Shown here: one piece after another, positions 1 to 9,551 of the stretch
How the letters are laid out: each line of letters begins with the position of its first letter
Position numbering within the stretch: position 1 is the stretch's first letter
Origin: an uncultured Candidatus Bathyarchaeia archaeon
Lineage (GTDB): Archaea; Thermoproteota; Bathyarchaeia; 40CM-2-53-6
NCBI GenBank assembly: GCA_964559555.1
Contig: CAZLHM010000005.1
Location: forward strand, 8,188 to 72,187
Length of the DNA: 64,000 nt
Reading direction: 5' to 3'
Program-made: the position numbers and the translations under genes
The notes under the pieces: generated by a model
Database searches by the model: none
Told to the model about the DNA's origin: nothing
Seen by the model: the letters and a program-made list of their open reading frames with translations, nothing else

Positions 1-905
1 GGTGAGAACGGAATCGACATATGTGGAGCCGCCACGCGAAGGATGGGTGCGTCCAACGAATCGAAGGCCTCTTCCATCACTGCTGCAGCTATCTCGGATC
101 CGATTCCACCTGTCTTCACATCGTCCGACGCGACTATCAATCTGCCGGTCCTCTTGACAGACTCGACGATTGTCGCCAGATCCAGAGGCTGGATCGTTCT
201 GGGATCGACGACCTCGACGGTGATGCCTTGCTCTTCCAGTTTGGAGGCGGCCGACAGAGCTTCACCTACTACCCTAGATACTGCGACCAGCGTTAGGTCG
301 TCGCCCTTTCTTTTGACGTCACACTGCCCAAGCGGTAGGGTGTACTCCTCGTCCGGAACCGGCCCTTTCGTGCGATACAGCATGCCGCTCTCGATGAAGA
401 CGACAGGGTTATCATCGCGAATAGAGGACTTCAGGAGACCCTTCGCATCGTAAGGAGTCGAAGGCAGGACCACCTTGAGCCCTGGTACTTGTAGGAACCA
501 CGATGGGAAGAACTGCGAGTGCTGAGACCCGTGCACGCGACCGAGACTGTACTGTGTTCGGAGAACGATGGGAACTTTCAGTCTGCCACCGCTCATGAAG
601 CACATCTTTGCCGCTTGGGTCGCTATCTGATCGAGACAGATCGGCACGAAGTCCATGTACATGATCTCAGCAACAGGCCTCAGCCCAGTCAGAGCAGCAC
701 CTATCGCCGCGCCCGCTATCGCCGCTTCTGAAATCGGTGTGTCCCTTACCCTCCCTGGGCCGAATTCCTTGAGGAGTCCACGCGTTACTTTGTAGACGCC
801 TTCAAAAACCCCGATCTCCTCACCCATCAATACGACTCGTGGGTCTCGGAGCATCTCCTCTCGGAGAGCCTCACGCAAAGCGTCGGCGTAGGTCAATTCC
901 CGCAT
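1..905 (-). CDS. pdhB: 2-oxoacid/acetoin dehydrogenase E1 beta subunit (3' end runs off the window)
   Basis: Not in the ORF track. Manual minus-strand translation from ATG 905 reads MRELTYADALREALREEMLRDPRVVLMGEEIG...RVRDTPISEAAIAG...PGLKVVLPSTPYDAKGLL...VEVVDPRTIQPLD. It starts 6 bp after the E1 alpha stop. Confidence 0.92.
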   Translation of the reverse strand, partial: MRELTYADALREALREEMLRDPRVVLMGEEIGVFEGVYKVTRGLLKEFGPGRVRDTPISEAAIAGAAIGAALTGLRPVAEIMYMDFVPICLDQIATQAAKMCFMSGGRLKVPIVLRTQYSLGRVHGSQHSQFFPSWFLQVPGLKVVLPSTPYDAKGLLKSSIRDDNPVVFIESGMLYRTKGPVPDEEYTLPLGQCDVKRKGDDLTLVAVSRVVGEALSAASKLEEQGITVEVVDPRTIQPLDLATIVESVKRTGRLIVASDDVKTGGIGSEIAAAVMEEAFDSLDAPILRVAAPHMSIPFS

Positions 906-911
906 GTGGTG

Positions 912-1931
912 CTACCTCGCATAGACATACTGCATGAGATCCTGGAAAGGCAAGATCGGGCTCGCTTTCGCGAATACGACGGATTCCTCGACCTCGGCCT
1001 TCACCTGGTTTTCGATCTGATCGAAGTCCGCTTGTGTCGCCAGTTTCGCCTTGAGCAGTTTCGCCCCAAGGCCGTTGATAGGGTCTCGTTTGAGCCATCG
1101 CTCAATCTCTTCTTTGGGCCTGTACTCTGCTCTGTCATAGACCCCATGGCCCTTCAGCTTGTACGTCATGCACTCCACAAGCGTCGGACCCTGACCGCTC
1201 CTCGCGTTGTCGATTGCTTCCCTCCCGGCCAAGAAGACTGAGACTGCATCGTTTCCATCGGCGACGATGCTTCGCATGCGATAGGCCTCAGCCCGACTTG
1301 CGACACTTTCCGCTGCCACTGCCTGATCTGCTCGAGTCGACATTGCGTAGAGATTGTTCTCGCAAACGAAGATGACTGGGAGCTTCCACACAGCTGCAAG
1401 ATTCATTCCCTCGTGGAAGGCTCCAGTGTTCGAGGCCCCATCCCCGAAGAAAGTCATTACAACCTGCCGCTTTCCCGCTTGTTGCAGCCCCAACCCCACC
1501 CCAGCCGCTATGGGTATACCGCTACCGACAATCGCAGTCGCGTACAGCGATCCTTTCTCGGGGTAGATTGCGACATGCATGGAACCACCCAAACCCTTGC
1601 AGGTGCCCGTGGCTTTCCCGAAGAGCTCAGCCATCAATGGTTGCATGGGAACGCCTTTCGCGATCGCGTGTCCGTGACCGCGATAGGTTGTTACAATCAA
1701 GTCATCATCGCTAAGAGCACCAATCGCCCCAGCCGCGACTGCCTCCTGTCCGAGATAGAGGTGCGAAGGCCCGATCAACGCGCCTTCTTGCAAGAACAGA
1801 CGTTCAACGCGTTCTTCGAACCTTCTAATCTCAATCATCCTACGAAGCATCCAGAACAGCTTGTCTCTCGAAACACCACACTTCTGGTAGTCATCCGCTT
1901 CAATCGATCCGATAGTCTTCGTGGTTTCCAA
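912..1931 (-). CDS. pdhA: 2-oxoacid/acetoin dehydrogenase E1 alpha subunit (TPP-dependent)
   Basis: Motifs HLYLGQEAVA, TYRGHGH, GLGGSMH and the TPP motif FGDGASN...ENN. The frame is open to 2267. The probable start is TTG 1931 or ATG 1991, and the start is uncertain. Confidence 0.9.
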   Translation of the reverse strand: METTKTIGSIEADDYQKCGVSRDKLFWMLRRMIEIRRFEERVERLFLQEGALIGPSHLYLGQEAVAAGAIGALSDDDLIVTTYRGHGHAIAKGVPMQPLMAELFGKATGTCKGLGGSMHVAIYPEKGSLYATAIVGSGIPIAAGVGLGLQQAGKRQVVMTFFGDGASNTGAFHEGMNLAAVWKLPVIFVCENNLYAMSTRADQAVAAESVASRAEAYRMRSIVADGNDAVSVFLAGREAIDNARSGQGPTLVECMTYKLKGHGVYDRAEYRPKEEIERWLKRDPINGLGAKLLKAKLATQADFDQIENQVKAEVEESVVFAKASPILPFQDLMQYVYAR

Positions 1932-2325
1932 CTCCGAGGCTTCGGCCAAATATTGAGGAGCCGCCTTAAGGTCTTTCGAGTCACGAAACATGACGTACTC
2001 AGTCAGTTGCGCACCTACACTACTCCAACTCCCAAACGATGATGCTACTGCTGAAAACTCAGGTCGCTTACCAGTCTCCACAATGCTCGCACACATCAAT
2101 GGGGTCAGCACATCGAGCGCGATAAGGATTACAATTGAATACTGAAAGCTTCCCAGAGCGTTCTTTAGGGATTCCATCAGAACGATGAACACGACCGAAC
2201 CGATCTGGCAGAAAACCAGAGTATTGAAGTCCAGTTCCAGCCACCCTAGGACCAAGGACGACAGCATAGCTTCCGCTGCTTCGGGCAGGGATTCTCGGTT
2301 GAGTTCTGGAGTTCTCGCGCTCGAT

Positions 2326-2613
2326 CTACCAGTATCCGAACATTGGGGCAGGGAACCATTGCATCGGGTACTGGAAGTATGGGCGAGGCATCATCGCCGG
2401 ATAGAGTGGCTGATACCCATAGCCGTAGTAGTACGGGCTGTAGTATGGGCCCCAGTACGGGTAGTAACATGGGTAGGCTGCCGCTCCAGCTAGGCCACCT
2501 ACAGCTGCTCCCGCTATACCCCCGAGCGCCGCTCCAGTTAGACCGCCAAGCCAATATCCGCCCAGTCCACCGAGGGCTGCTCCACCAAGTGCTCCCAACA
2601 GTGCAATGGCCAT
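2326..2613 (-). CDS. Small protein with a Gly-zipper N-half and a Tyr/Pro-rich C-half, function unknown
   Basis: 95 aa from ATG 2613: MAIALLGALGGAALGGLGGYWLGGLTGAALGGIAGAAVGGLAGAAA followed by YPCYYPYWGPYYSPYYYGYGYQP. The composition is strongly non-random. Confidence 0.7.
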   Translation of the reverse strand: MAIALLGALGGAALGGLGGYWLGGLTGAALGGIAGAAVGGLAGAAAYPCYYPYWGPYYSPYYYGYGYQPLYPAMMPRPYFQYPMQWFPAPMFGYW

Positions 2614-2808
2614 CGAGATCACCGTTGTAAGGTAGCAAGAGACGGTGTAGTAAAACATTCGGTTCTCATCATCTTGGGCATACATTACCACAATGCAATT
2701 GGTCTTTTCGGCATCCTTTTGATTATACATCAGCAAGACAACTACCACAGCAGGGGCCGGAGCCTGAGAATAGGTGCTGGTATTCCGGCTCGATGACTGT
2801 GATGACTA

Positions 2809-3438
2809 TTGCGGCTGAAAGATTTCGTCGCAACGTATGGAGAACCGTACTCCGCCATGCTAGGCATCAATCTGAAGTCTCGAAGGAACAAGGAGATCGC
2901 GAAGTGGTTTCTGGCTTCGATCCTCTACAGCAAACCCATCAGAGAAAGCTCGGCAACTCGGACCTACCAATGCTTTGAAAAGCGCCGAGTCACGACCGCC
3001 AAACGCATTGTGGAGGTCGGGTGGGATCGACTTGTCAGCATTCTCGACGAAGGCGGCTACACGCGGTATGACTTCAGTACGGCAACCAGGCTGCTCGAGA
3101 TCTTCGGCAATCTTGAGAAACACTATCATGGTGACCTCACAAAGCTCTATGAAGCCTCGAAGGATGGAGCCGAGCTTGAAGCCAATCTGAAGAGGCTTGG
3201 CAAGGGAATCGGCGACACGACGATTTCAGTATTCCTCAGAGACATGATGCATATTTGGAAGAAAGCAGAGCCAAAACCGACACCGCTTGTGACATTGGCG
3301 CTGAAGAGACTGCGGATCAGCAATATCAGATGCTATGCAGAGAAGCACAAGATAGACGAGGTTCGATTACAGACAGCACTACTGAGATACTCGAAACTAT
3401 TCCTCAAAACAGGCAAAAGGTTCAGAGTCGTCCCCTAA
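2809..3438 (+). CDS. HhH / DNA-glycosylase-fold hypothetical protein
   Basis: 209 aa with GGYTRYD and an HhH-like LKRLGKGIGDTTISVFLR. No 4Fe-4S cysteine motif. Confidence 0.65.
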   Translation: MRLKDFVATYGEPYSAMLGINLKSRRNKEIAKWFLASILYSKPIRESSATRTYQCFEKRRVTTAKRIVEVGWDRLVSILDEGGYTRYDFSTATRLLEIFGNLEKHYHGDLTKLYEASKDGAELEANLKRLGKGIGDTTISVFLRDMMHIWKKAEPKPTPLVTLALKRLRISNIRCYAEKHKIDEVRLQTALLRYSKLFLKTGKRFRVVP

Positions 3439-3563
3439 CATGCGAGAGGATTCATTCAACTGGAGTTGCCCTCTGCAGCTGTCCGGTATTACAGAGTCAT
3501 CGCACTTGCCAGACGATGTGCTCCTTACTTCACGATACAGCGTGATGCAGGGGCAAGAGTAGC

Positions 3564-4613
3564 CTAAGAGGGCACCACGGTTCCATCTGTGGTGACGGTC
3601 TTGATTCGCTCGATGCCGGGGAAGATCGTGGCGGTCAATGTCGTTTCCAGAGATGAATTTCCCCTTAGTTTCTTGATGGTTCCTCTTTGTAGCTGCCCTA
3701 GTGCTGTGGGGTAGCCGGAGCATGGTTCCAATGCAATACAGTACGCCTTGCCGAACCACGGGTGATCTGGAATCCGGTAGCTCTGCCAGAACCAGATGGC
3801 CTCAAATACTGACAATTCCCATCTCAACGCGAATCCCAGTTTCAGGTTCGGGTTGACGATCGTATACCAAGAGTCTTTGAGGTCTGTAAGGAAAGCAGTT
3901 TCGTCAGCAACTATGTCATCACTCGGTATGATGCTGAGGTCCACTGTGTTTCCGGTCTTGTCCTGAGCATTTGGCCACTTGTAGGTTGTCTCGGCTTTAA
4001 GTCGGCCCCACGGTTCCGCCTTCTCCATCACAACGGTCTCCGCTGGAACGGTTATCCTCGTCCCAGGAGCTATGAACGGACTTCCGAACGCGGGATGGTG
4101 AAGCCAACAATACTCGAGCGTCTGGTTGCTCGTGTTAGTCAGTCTCTCCTTGATTGAGATAGAGGCACTGTTGTCCTTGATTGTGATCCATTTCTCCAAG
4201 TGGAACGGGTACCGGGGAACGTCAACCCAGAGTATGACCGTTGCCTCGGAGGCCGTCCCCTTCTCGATCATAGCATCCCATGAGAGTAGCGGAGTCTCGC
4301 CGTGCATCCCCCACTCTCCGAACCTATGCTTTACAGGCTCGTTCCCTGCAAACGGGAGTACATCCTGCCACCCTCCCCCATAGTACTCCATGAATTCTCC
4401 CTCCGATCGACGAGAGGTTCCAACGATGCTGCCCGGTTTTCTGTAGCCGGTCGGTGCGTGAAACAACAGGTCAATGTCTAGCGGTTTGTAGACTAGTTCG
4501 ATTATGTCCGAGCCCTTGTCAAGCAAGGAAACAAGCCGCAACTGCTGGTTCTCAAGTATCAGAGTACGCATTCCGCGATAGGTCCAGTCCAGACTCGCTC
4601 TGCAACCCGTCAA
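3564..4613 (-). CDS. Galactose-mutarotase-like / aldose 1-epimerase family (DUF4432-like)
   Basis: Motifs LENQQLRL, YYGGGWQ, HGE, WLHHPAFG and IALEP fit the beta-supersandwich epimerase family. Confidence 0.75.
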   Translation of the reverse strand: MTGCRASLDWTYRGMRTLILENQQLRLVSLLDKGSDIIELVYKPLDIDLLFHAPTGYRKPGSIVGTSRRSEGEFMEYYGGGWQDVLPFAGNEPVKHRFGEWGMHGETPLLSWDAMIEKGTASEATVILWVDVPRYPFHLEKWITIKDNSASISIKERLTNTSNQTLEYCWLHHPAFGSPFIAPGTRITVPAETVVMEKAEPWGRLKAETTYKWPNAQDKTGNTVDLSIIPSDDIVADETAFLTDLKDSWYTIVNPNLKLGFALRWELSVFEAIWFWQSYRIPDHPWFGKAYCIALEPCSGYPTALGQLQRGTIKKLRGNSSLETTLTATIFPGIERIKTVTTDGTVVPS

Positions 4614-4635
4614 CTCTTCCCTTTGCCTCCCAGCC

Positions 4636-5016
4636 TCAATCTCTCGCTAATCGAACCTCGTCGCCGTCTGTAACCTTCTTGAAGACGATCGAGTCGCCAA
4701 GGACCTTGGCAAATACGTTGACAGGACTGTAAGCTCGTGGTTCGTCATGTTTGCTGACTGGCGTCGGTCCAAAGAAGATGCATAGCGCTTTCCCTGGTGG
4801 CCAATACGCTATGCTGCCGAGCTCCACCTCAGCCCGTGCCTTCTCTTCCTTGAGGTTCACCGGGATCGTGAAGTAGATCTCGTCGCCCCACCTGTTCGCT
4901 TCTCCCTTTATAGGAAGTGAATTATAGATTGCCTCTGCAGTCTTCGGATTCTCCTCTGTGGTCACAGCTTCAATCGCGCCGGTTGCCTTCGTCCATATCT
5001 TGATTCGTCTCTCCAT
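4636..5016 (-). CDS. Cyclophilin-like fold protein (TM1367/DUF369 type)
   Basis: PKTAEAI..SLP, RWGDEIYF, IAYWPPGKALCIFFGPTP, SPVNVF. Confidence 0.85.
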   Translation of the reverse strand: MERRIKIWTKATGAIEAVTTEENPKTAEAIYNSLPIKGEANRWGDEIYFTIPVNLKEEKARAEVELGSIAYWPPGKALCIFFGPTPVSKHDEPRAYSPVNVFAKVLGDSIVFKKVTDGDEVRLARD

Positions 5017-5066
5017 CTTACCATCGACCTGAGATCGCGCCTACACAAGATGAAGCTTGCCGTGAA

Positions 5067-7079
5067 TCAGGGAATCGGAGCTGTGGCTAGATCGACGCAT
5101 CGTCCGAGGAACTTCTCGTATGCTTCCCTGAATTCGTTCATCGTCTTCATGACAGCTCCGAAATTGCGCCACTCGTCTTCGCGCACTCCCCTCAAGCCAA
5201 GATCCTCGAATCGGAAAAGAACTCCCACTTCCATTAGCTGAGCTGATATGGCCTTCGTTGACTCGTAACCTCGAACAAAATCCTCGATCCTCATCAGCCG
5301 CTTGAGCAGTTCTGGATCTGGAGGTTGAAGCACCGCGTTTCGATATGAATTCAGGTCGAAACCCTCCTTCTCTGAGAAAAGCTGAACTGCTCTTGCGTGG
5401 TTTGGAAATTCGGTGTTGCACATGTTCGGCGTCCCGAGGGTGTCAAGCGTGTCTTCAGGGATCCTTTTCGATGCCGGCAGCACGTCCATCGAATCGAGCG
5501 CGGCGATCGCGTCTGTGGGTCGCACTTTGTACTTCTTCTGAAGCCAAGCAACCCATTTCTTGTGATTCTGCCTCTCATAGAAGACGGAGTACACTCTTCT
5601 GGAGACAAGAGTGCCGGCTCTTCTTAGGTCAACCTCGAGTTGCTCAACATCAAGTCGACTCAGGCCTCCGTCGGATACGGCTTCGAGGAACGTATCGTGT
5701 GTGAGTGACTTCAGATACTTGAAAGCACAGACGATCTCGGCCTTCTTGGCAATGTCAGACGTTCTCTGCATGCGCTCAATCTCTTGCTTGGGAATGCCGA
5801 GCCTGCCCGCCAGACGCGTCAGCAGACTTGCCGCATTCTCGTCACTAGTGCGTCGTGCAATGTCAACGAAGATCCGCGAAGCTTCGAGCTCTCGGAGGTG
5901 GCTAACAAATCGTCCTCCCATGTTTGTCTCATATGTACGCGTCACGGGCTTGCCGGATCTGAGCGCCTTGCATTTCCCCTCAACCGCGTCCATGATGAGC
6001 TGGATCTCTTGGGCTACAGTGAACGTGACTGTGTTGTTAGTGCCGATTCCCATGAAGTTGAGTTCTCTGGTGACTTCCCTGGCCGCTTCCGAGCTTCCAG
6101 CGACTTTGAGGACAAGGTTTGGCCGCAACTTGCCTGGGTTGGCAATGCCCAGACATCTATCGTATGCAGTAAGGTGACGATGGGCGAGTTTGTAGGCACG
6201 TTTCGCGTCCTCGAGGCTTGCTTTCGCGTCGTCGGCAACGTTTGGATTGAGCTGGAAACTGATCATGTAGTCACGGTTCTTCGTCAACAACGCTAGGGGC
6301 CTGAAGACCTCCAAGTTCGGCCAAAGAGCGAGAAGCGTCCCTGCCATAACCATATCATGCGCGTATTCCTTGGGGCTCTGCTTCCATGTCGCGTTCTTGT
6401 GAATCCCTTCCCGAAGTTTCTCAACCAAGTTGGTGTCTTCATCAAAAGCCTTCGCAGCGAGCACCGGATTCGTGGACACCTGCGAGAAACCAAGATGTCT
6501 CAGTATCTCAAGGCCTCTCGCATAGTCATTTCCGAACTTGCAGAATCTCCCTTCAGCCATCTTCCAGTAGACTGTCTCACGCGCCGCAGTGGAGAACGCA
6601 TTAATCAAGCCCGACGGCGTAAGCTCACCTGCGAGAATCTGTTGGATCCTCTCAGCCATGTAACCTGGCAGGCTGTCGCCAGAGTTCACGCTCGCCATGC
6701 CTGCAAGGTACTTCTTTACGGCGTTGTTCGCGGAAGTCATCCAAGATTGCTCTAACGCTACGACACCTTTCCTCAGAATTGAGAGTGCTCTCTCGGCCGC
6801 ACGCCGTGGTATTCCAGCGACCTTCACATCCTGCCCGACCAGATTCAGACCGATCCGAATGAGCGTTGTGAAGACATCTCGTTCCAGACTCGGGTGTTTA
6901 CCCAGGAATCCGGGAAGCTCTCTGGCAAGATCTCGCATTACGGTGGCGAGGTCGCCCCTTCGCGGACGAACCAGCAAGTGATCTGCGGCTGCCAAGGTTT
7001 GGCGTTGTCGGATCTGAGTGAGAATATGATGGACAGATGAACCGGCGGGGGAACGTCCAACCAATGCTAAATCGGCCAT
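5067..7079 (-). CDS. Large (670 aa) transaldolase-family protein
   Basis: STNPVL (T-T-N-P motif), SFQLNP, Schiff-base lysine region NLVLKVAG, and TNNTVTFTVAQ. Carries an extra ~170-aa N-terminal region plus insertions. Confidence 0.75.
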   Translation of the reverse strand: MADLALVGRSPAGSSVHHILTQIRQRQTLAAADHLLVRPRRGDLATVMRDLARELPGFLGKHPSLERDVFTTLIRIGLNLVGQDVKVAGIPRRAAERALSILRKGVVALEQSWMTSANNAVKKYLAGMASVNSGDSLPGYMAERIQQILAGELTPSGLINAFSTAARETVYWKMAEGRFCKFGNDYARGLEILRHLGFSQVSTNPVLAAKAFDEDTNLVEKLREGIHKNATWKQSPKEYAHDMVMAGTLLALWPNLEVFRPLALLTKNRDYMISFQLNPNVADDAKASLEDAKRAYKLAHRHLTAYDRCLGIANPGKLRPNLVLKVAGSSEAAREVTRELNFMGIGTNNTVTFTVAQEIQLIMDAVEGKCKALRSGKPVTRTYETNMGGRFVSHLRELEASRIFVDIARRTSDENAASLLTRLAGRLGIPKQEIERMQRTSDIAKKAEIVCAFKYLKSLTHDTFLEAVSDGGLSRLDVEQLEVDLRRAGTLVSRRVYSVFYERQNHKKWVAWLQKKYKVRPTDAIAALDSMDVLPASKRIPEDTLDTLGTPNMCNTEFPNHARAVQLFSEKEGFDLNSYRNAVLQPPDPELLKRLMRIEDFVRGYESTKAISAQLMEVGVLFRFEDLGLRGVREDEWRNFGAVMKTMNEFREAYEKFLGRCVDLATAPIP

Positions 7080-7163
7080 AGAGTACAGTCATGGGCTTAA
7101 TGCATTTGTGGCGCTTCCCTATGCGTGCGAAAGGATCATTGTGGTACGTACACATGAGCGAAG

Positions 7164-8477
7164 TCAATCATAGTATTCGAGACCGAGGTGAGTGATCAGT
7201 TCCTCACCGCGGAGATGTCGTAGCGTGTTTTTCAGTTTCATCAGTTGAATGAAGATATCGTGTTCGGGATATAATCCCCGTGCGGTCATGGGGCTCTTGA
7301 AGTAGAAGCTGAGCCACTCCTGAATCCCTCTCATTCCGCTTCGCTTCGCCAAGTCTAAGAAGAGAGCCAAGTCCAAGACGAGCGGCGCGGCGAGGATAGA
7401 ATCTCGGCAGAGGAAGTTGATCTTGAGCTGCATCGGGTAGCCGAGCCATCCAAAGATGTCGATGTTATCCCAGCCCTCTTTGTTGTCACCTCTTGGAGGA
7501 TAGTAGTCGATTCTGACTTGGTGCCTTATGTCTCCGTATAGATCAGGATACAAGTCCGGCTGGAGTATGTATTGCAGCACTCCGAGTTTGGATTCTTCTT
7601 TGGTCTTGAAGCTCTCGGGGTCGTCCAGCACCTCCCCATCTCTGTTGCCTAGTATGTTTGTTGAATACCAGCCCCTGAGACCTAGCATCCTCGCCTTGAA
7701 CCCAGGCGCAATTATGGTCTTCATCAGAGTCTGACCCGTCTTCAGATCCTTACCGGCGACGGGAACGCCCTTGATTCTCGCCATCTCAACGAGCGCAGGT
7801 GTGTCCGAACACAAGTTCGGAGCTGCGTTAGCAAACGGAACTCCGCAGGAAAGAGACGCATAGGCGTATATCATCGATGGGGAGATCTCGGGGGAATTGT
7901 CTTCTAGCGCCTTCTCAAACGCTGAGACAGTCTGATGTTCAGGCTTGACAATTGTATGCGCTTCCGTCGAGCCGCACCAGATCATCACAAGCCTCGAGAC
8001 CCTCGTCACATTCTTGAACTGTTTGATGTCATCGACGAGTTGATTTGCCAGATCTTTCTTGTTGCGACCGACCTTGACATGTGTGCCGGATAAACGTTTG
8101 ACCCACTTCTGCTCGAAGACTGCCTTCATCGGCTTGATGGCGCGAAGTTGCCTCTCTAGGTTCTTGAGTAGCCCCTGGTCGAGAACAGCAGCTTTGGAAG
8201 CGGCCACGAAAGCATCATCCGGAAAGATATCCCATGCGCCAAACGCCAGATCGTTAATGTCGGCTAGCGGTACGAAATCCTTGATCAGCGGGGTTCTCCT
8301 TTCAGTTCGCCTGCCGAGTCTGATGGTTCCCATCTGCGTTAGACTGCCAAAGGGCTTGGCCTGCCCAAGCTTTAGAGCTTCAACGCCAGCGATCAGCGTA
8401 GTACTGACGGCACCGAGGCCAACAAGCATCACGCCGAGCTTGCCGGTAGGCTCACTGATATCCACGCCTTTTCCCAA
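7164..8477 (-). CDS. ino1: Inositol-3-phosphate (myo-inositol-1-phosphate) synthase
   Basis: GLGAV Rossmann motif, WCGSTE, GKDLKTGQT, NILGNRDG, GDNKEGWD, CRDSILAAPLVLDL. Confidence 0.93.
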   Translation of the reverse strand: MGKGVDISEPTGKLGVMLVGLGAVSTTLIAGVEALKLGQAKPFGSLTQMGTIRLGRRTERRTPLIKDFVPLADINDLAFGAWDIFPDDAFVAASKAAVLDQGLLKNLERQLRAIKPMKAVFEQKWVKRLSGTHVKVGRNKKDLANQLVDDIKQFKNVTRVSRLVMIWCGSTEAHTIVKPEHQTVSAFEKALEDNSPEISPSMIYAYASLSCGVPFANAAPNLCSDTPALVEMARIKGVPVAGKDLKTGQTLMKTIIAPGFKARMLGLRGWYSTNILGNRDGEVLDDPESFKTKEESKLGVLQYILQPDLYPDLYGDIRHQVRIDYYPPRGDNKEGWDNIDIFGWLGYPMQLKINFLCRDSILAAPLVLDLALFLDLAKRSGMRGIQEWLSFYFKSPMTARGLYPEHDIFIQLMKLKNTLRHLRGEELITHLGLEYYD

Positions 8478-8600
8478 CTCGCCGCACCAAAGACGCCCCA
8501 GCCAACCGCGCTACGACTTAATTCACCTTTGTGGTCTACTATTAGCTTGAATGAGGACGGCTGGTTGTTCACTACGCTTCGGCGACGGATCCGATGGTTG

Positions 8601-8942
8601 TCAGCAGGTCAGATGAAAACCGGCCAGTACTCGTTTCGATTTCCACAAGGAATTGAACAACTCGCAGGCTTTCCTGGTTGTCTCTACACGGAGTTCGATC
8701 CCCTTGTTCTGGAGATACCGCTTGGTTTCGTTTGGGACTCTCATCATTCCCATGTAACCTGTTCCGACTATCACCATCTCTGGAGCGAAACTATCCAGAG
8801 CTTTCTCGATGTCAGTTAGGTGCAGGGTGTGACCTTCCTTTCTCCACCACTCAGCTTGGACCTTGTCGCCCAAGATCAGTACATCGTTCGTGTAGGTCAC
8901 TCCGCCAATCACAATCCTGCCGAAATCATAGCTTTCAATCAA
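8601..8942 (-). CDS. Mth938-like / DUF498 protein
   Basis: IESYDFGRIVI, WWRKEGH, IVGTGYMG, FHLTC. TTG start at 8942 follows a GGAGG SD. Confidence 0.85.
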   Translation of the reverse strand: MIESYDFGRIVIGGVTYTNDVLILGDKVQAEWWRKEGHTLHLTDIEKALDSFAPEMVIVGTGYMGMMRVPNETKRYLQNKGIELRVETTRKACELFNSLWKSKRVLAGFHLTC

Positions 8943-8980
8943 GGCTATCCTGACCTCCAGCAGAAGACGTAAGCAAGCCA

Positions 8981-9190
8981 CTAGGCGACCAATGGTTCAA
9001 CCATTGCTTTCTTCCGCCTGCGTCGCACGGAATCCACGATGGCAAGGAACTCTGCCTCGCTGAGTAGTTGGATGCCCTCGTCACAGTAAAGTCCTGTTCT
9101 TCGTTCGATCTGGCGATCTATCTCCTCTCGTTCCTCGTGATTCGTCTCGATGCCCAGTCTATGAAGCCACTCCCTAACCTTGATGCTCAT
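8981..9190 (-). CDS. Small hypothetical protein (69 aa)
   Basis: ATG start, charged soluble protein, co-directional and directly upstream of the Mth938-like gene. Confidence 0.65.
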   Translation of the reverse strand: MSIKVREWLHRLGIETNHEEREEIDRQIERRTGLYCDEGIQLLSEAEFLAIVDSVRRRRKKAMVEPLVA

Positions 9191-9235
9191 GGTTCTGTTT
9201 TCCTCACACTATTGGTACTTCTGGCCCGAGGACGA

Positions 9236-9388
9236 TTAATCCGATGCACCGATTGGGTGCCATATGAACATCAGCAGGAAGTACGTTGCTAACAAAGTGA
9301 TAGGGATCAGCTCAACCATTAGCAGGATAAGGAGGATATTCAGTCTCTTGATGAGACGAGCTATTTGCTCCTCTAGATTCAAATCCAT
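9236..9388 (-). CDS. Small single-TM membrane protein (50 aa)
   Basis: MDLNLEEQIARLIKRLN followed by hydrophobic ILLILLMVELIPITLLATYFLLMFIW. A GGTGA SD-like site lies upstream. Confidence 0.5.
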   Translation of the reverse strand: MDLNLEEQIARLIKRLNILLILLMVELIPITLLATYFLLMFIWHPIGASD

Positions 9389-9551
9389 CACAATCACCCA
9401 GAACACTCTATGGGGCCATCTAGATAGATGCGTGCCATCGAGACACTTCAACTCTTTGTAGTTGCGTAGATCCCATTGGGCGTAGGCCAAGCACAGCGAT
9501 CTGTGACGGAGAGGTAATATTGCACCTCGTCCCCGTGGGACCCGACAACAC

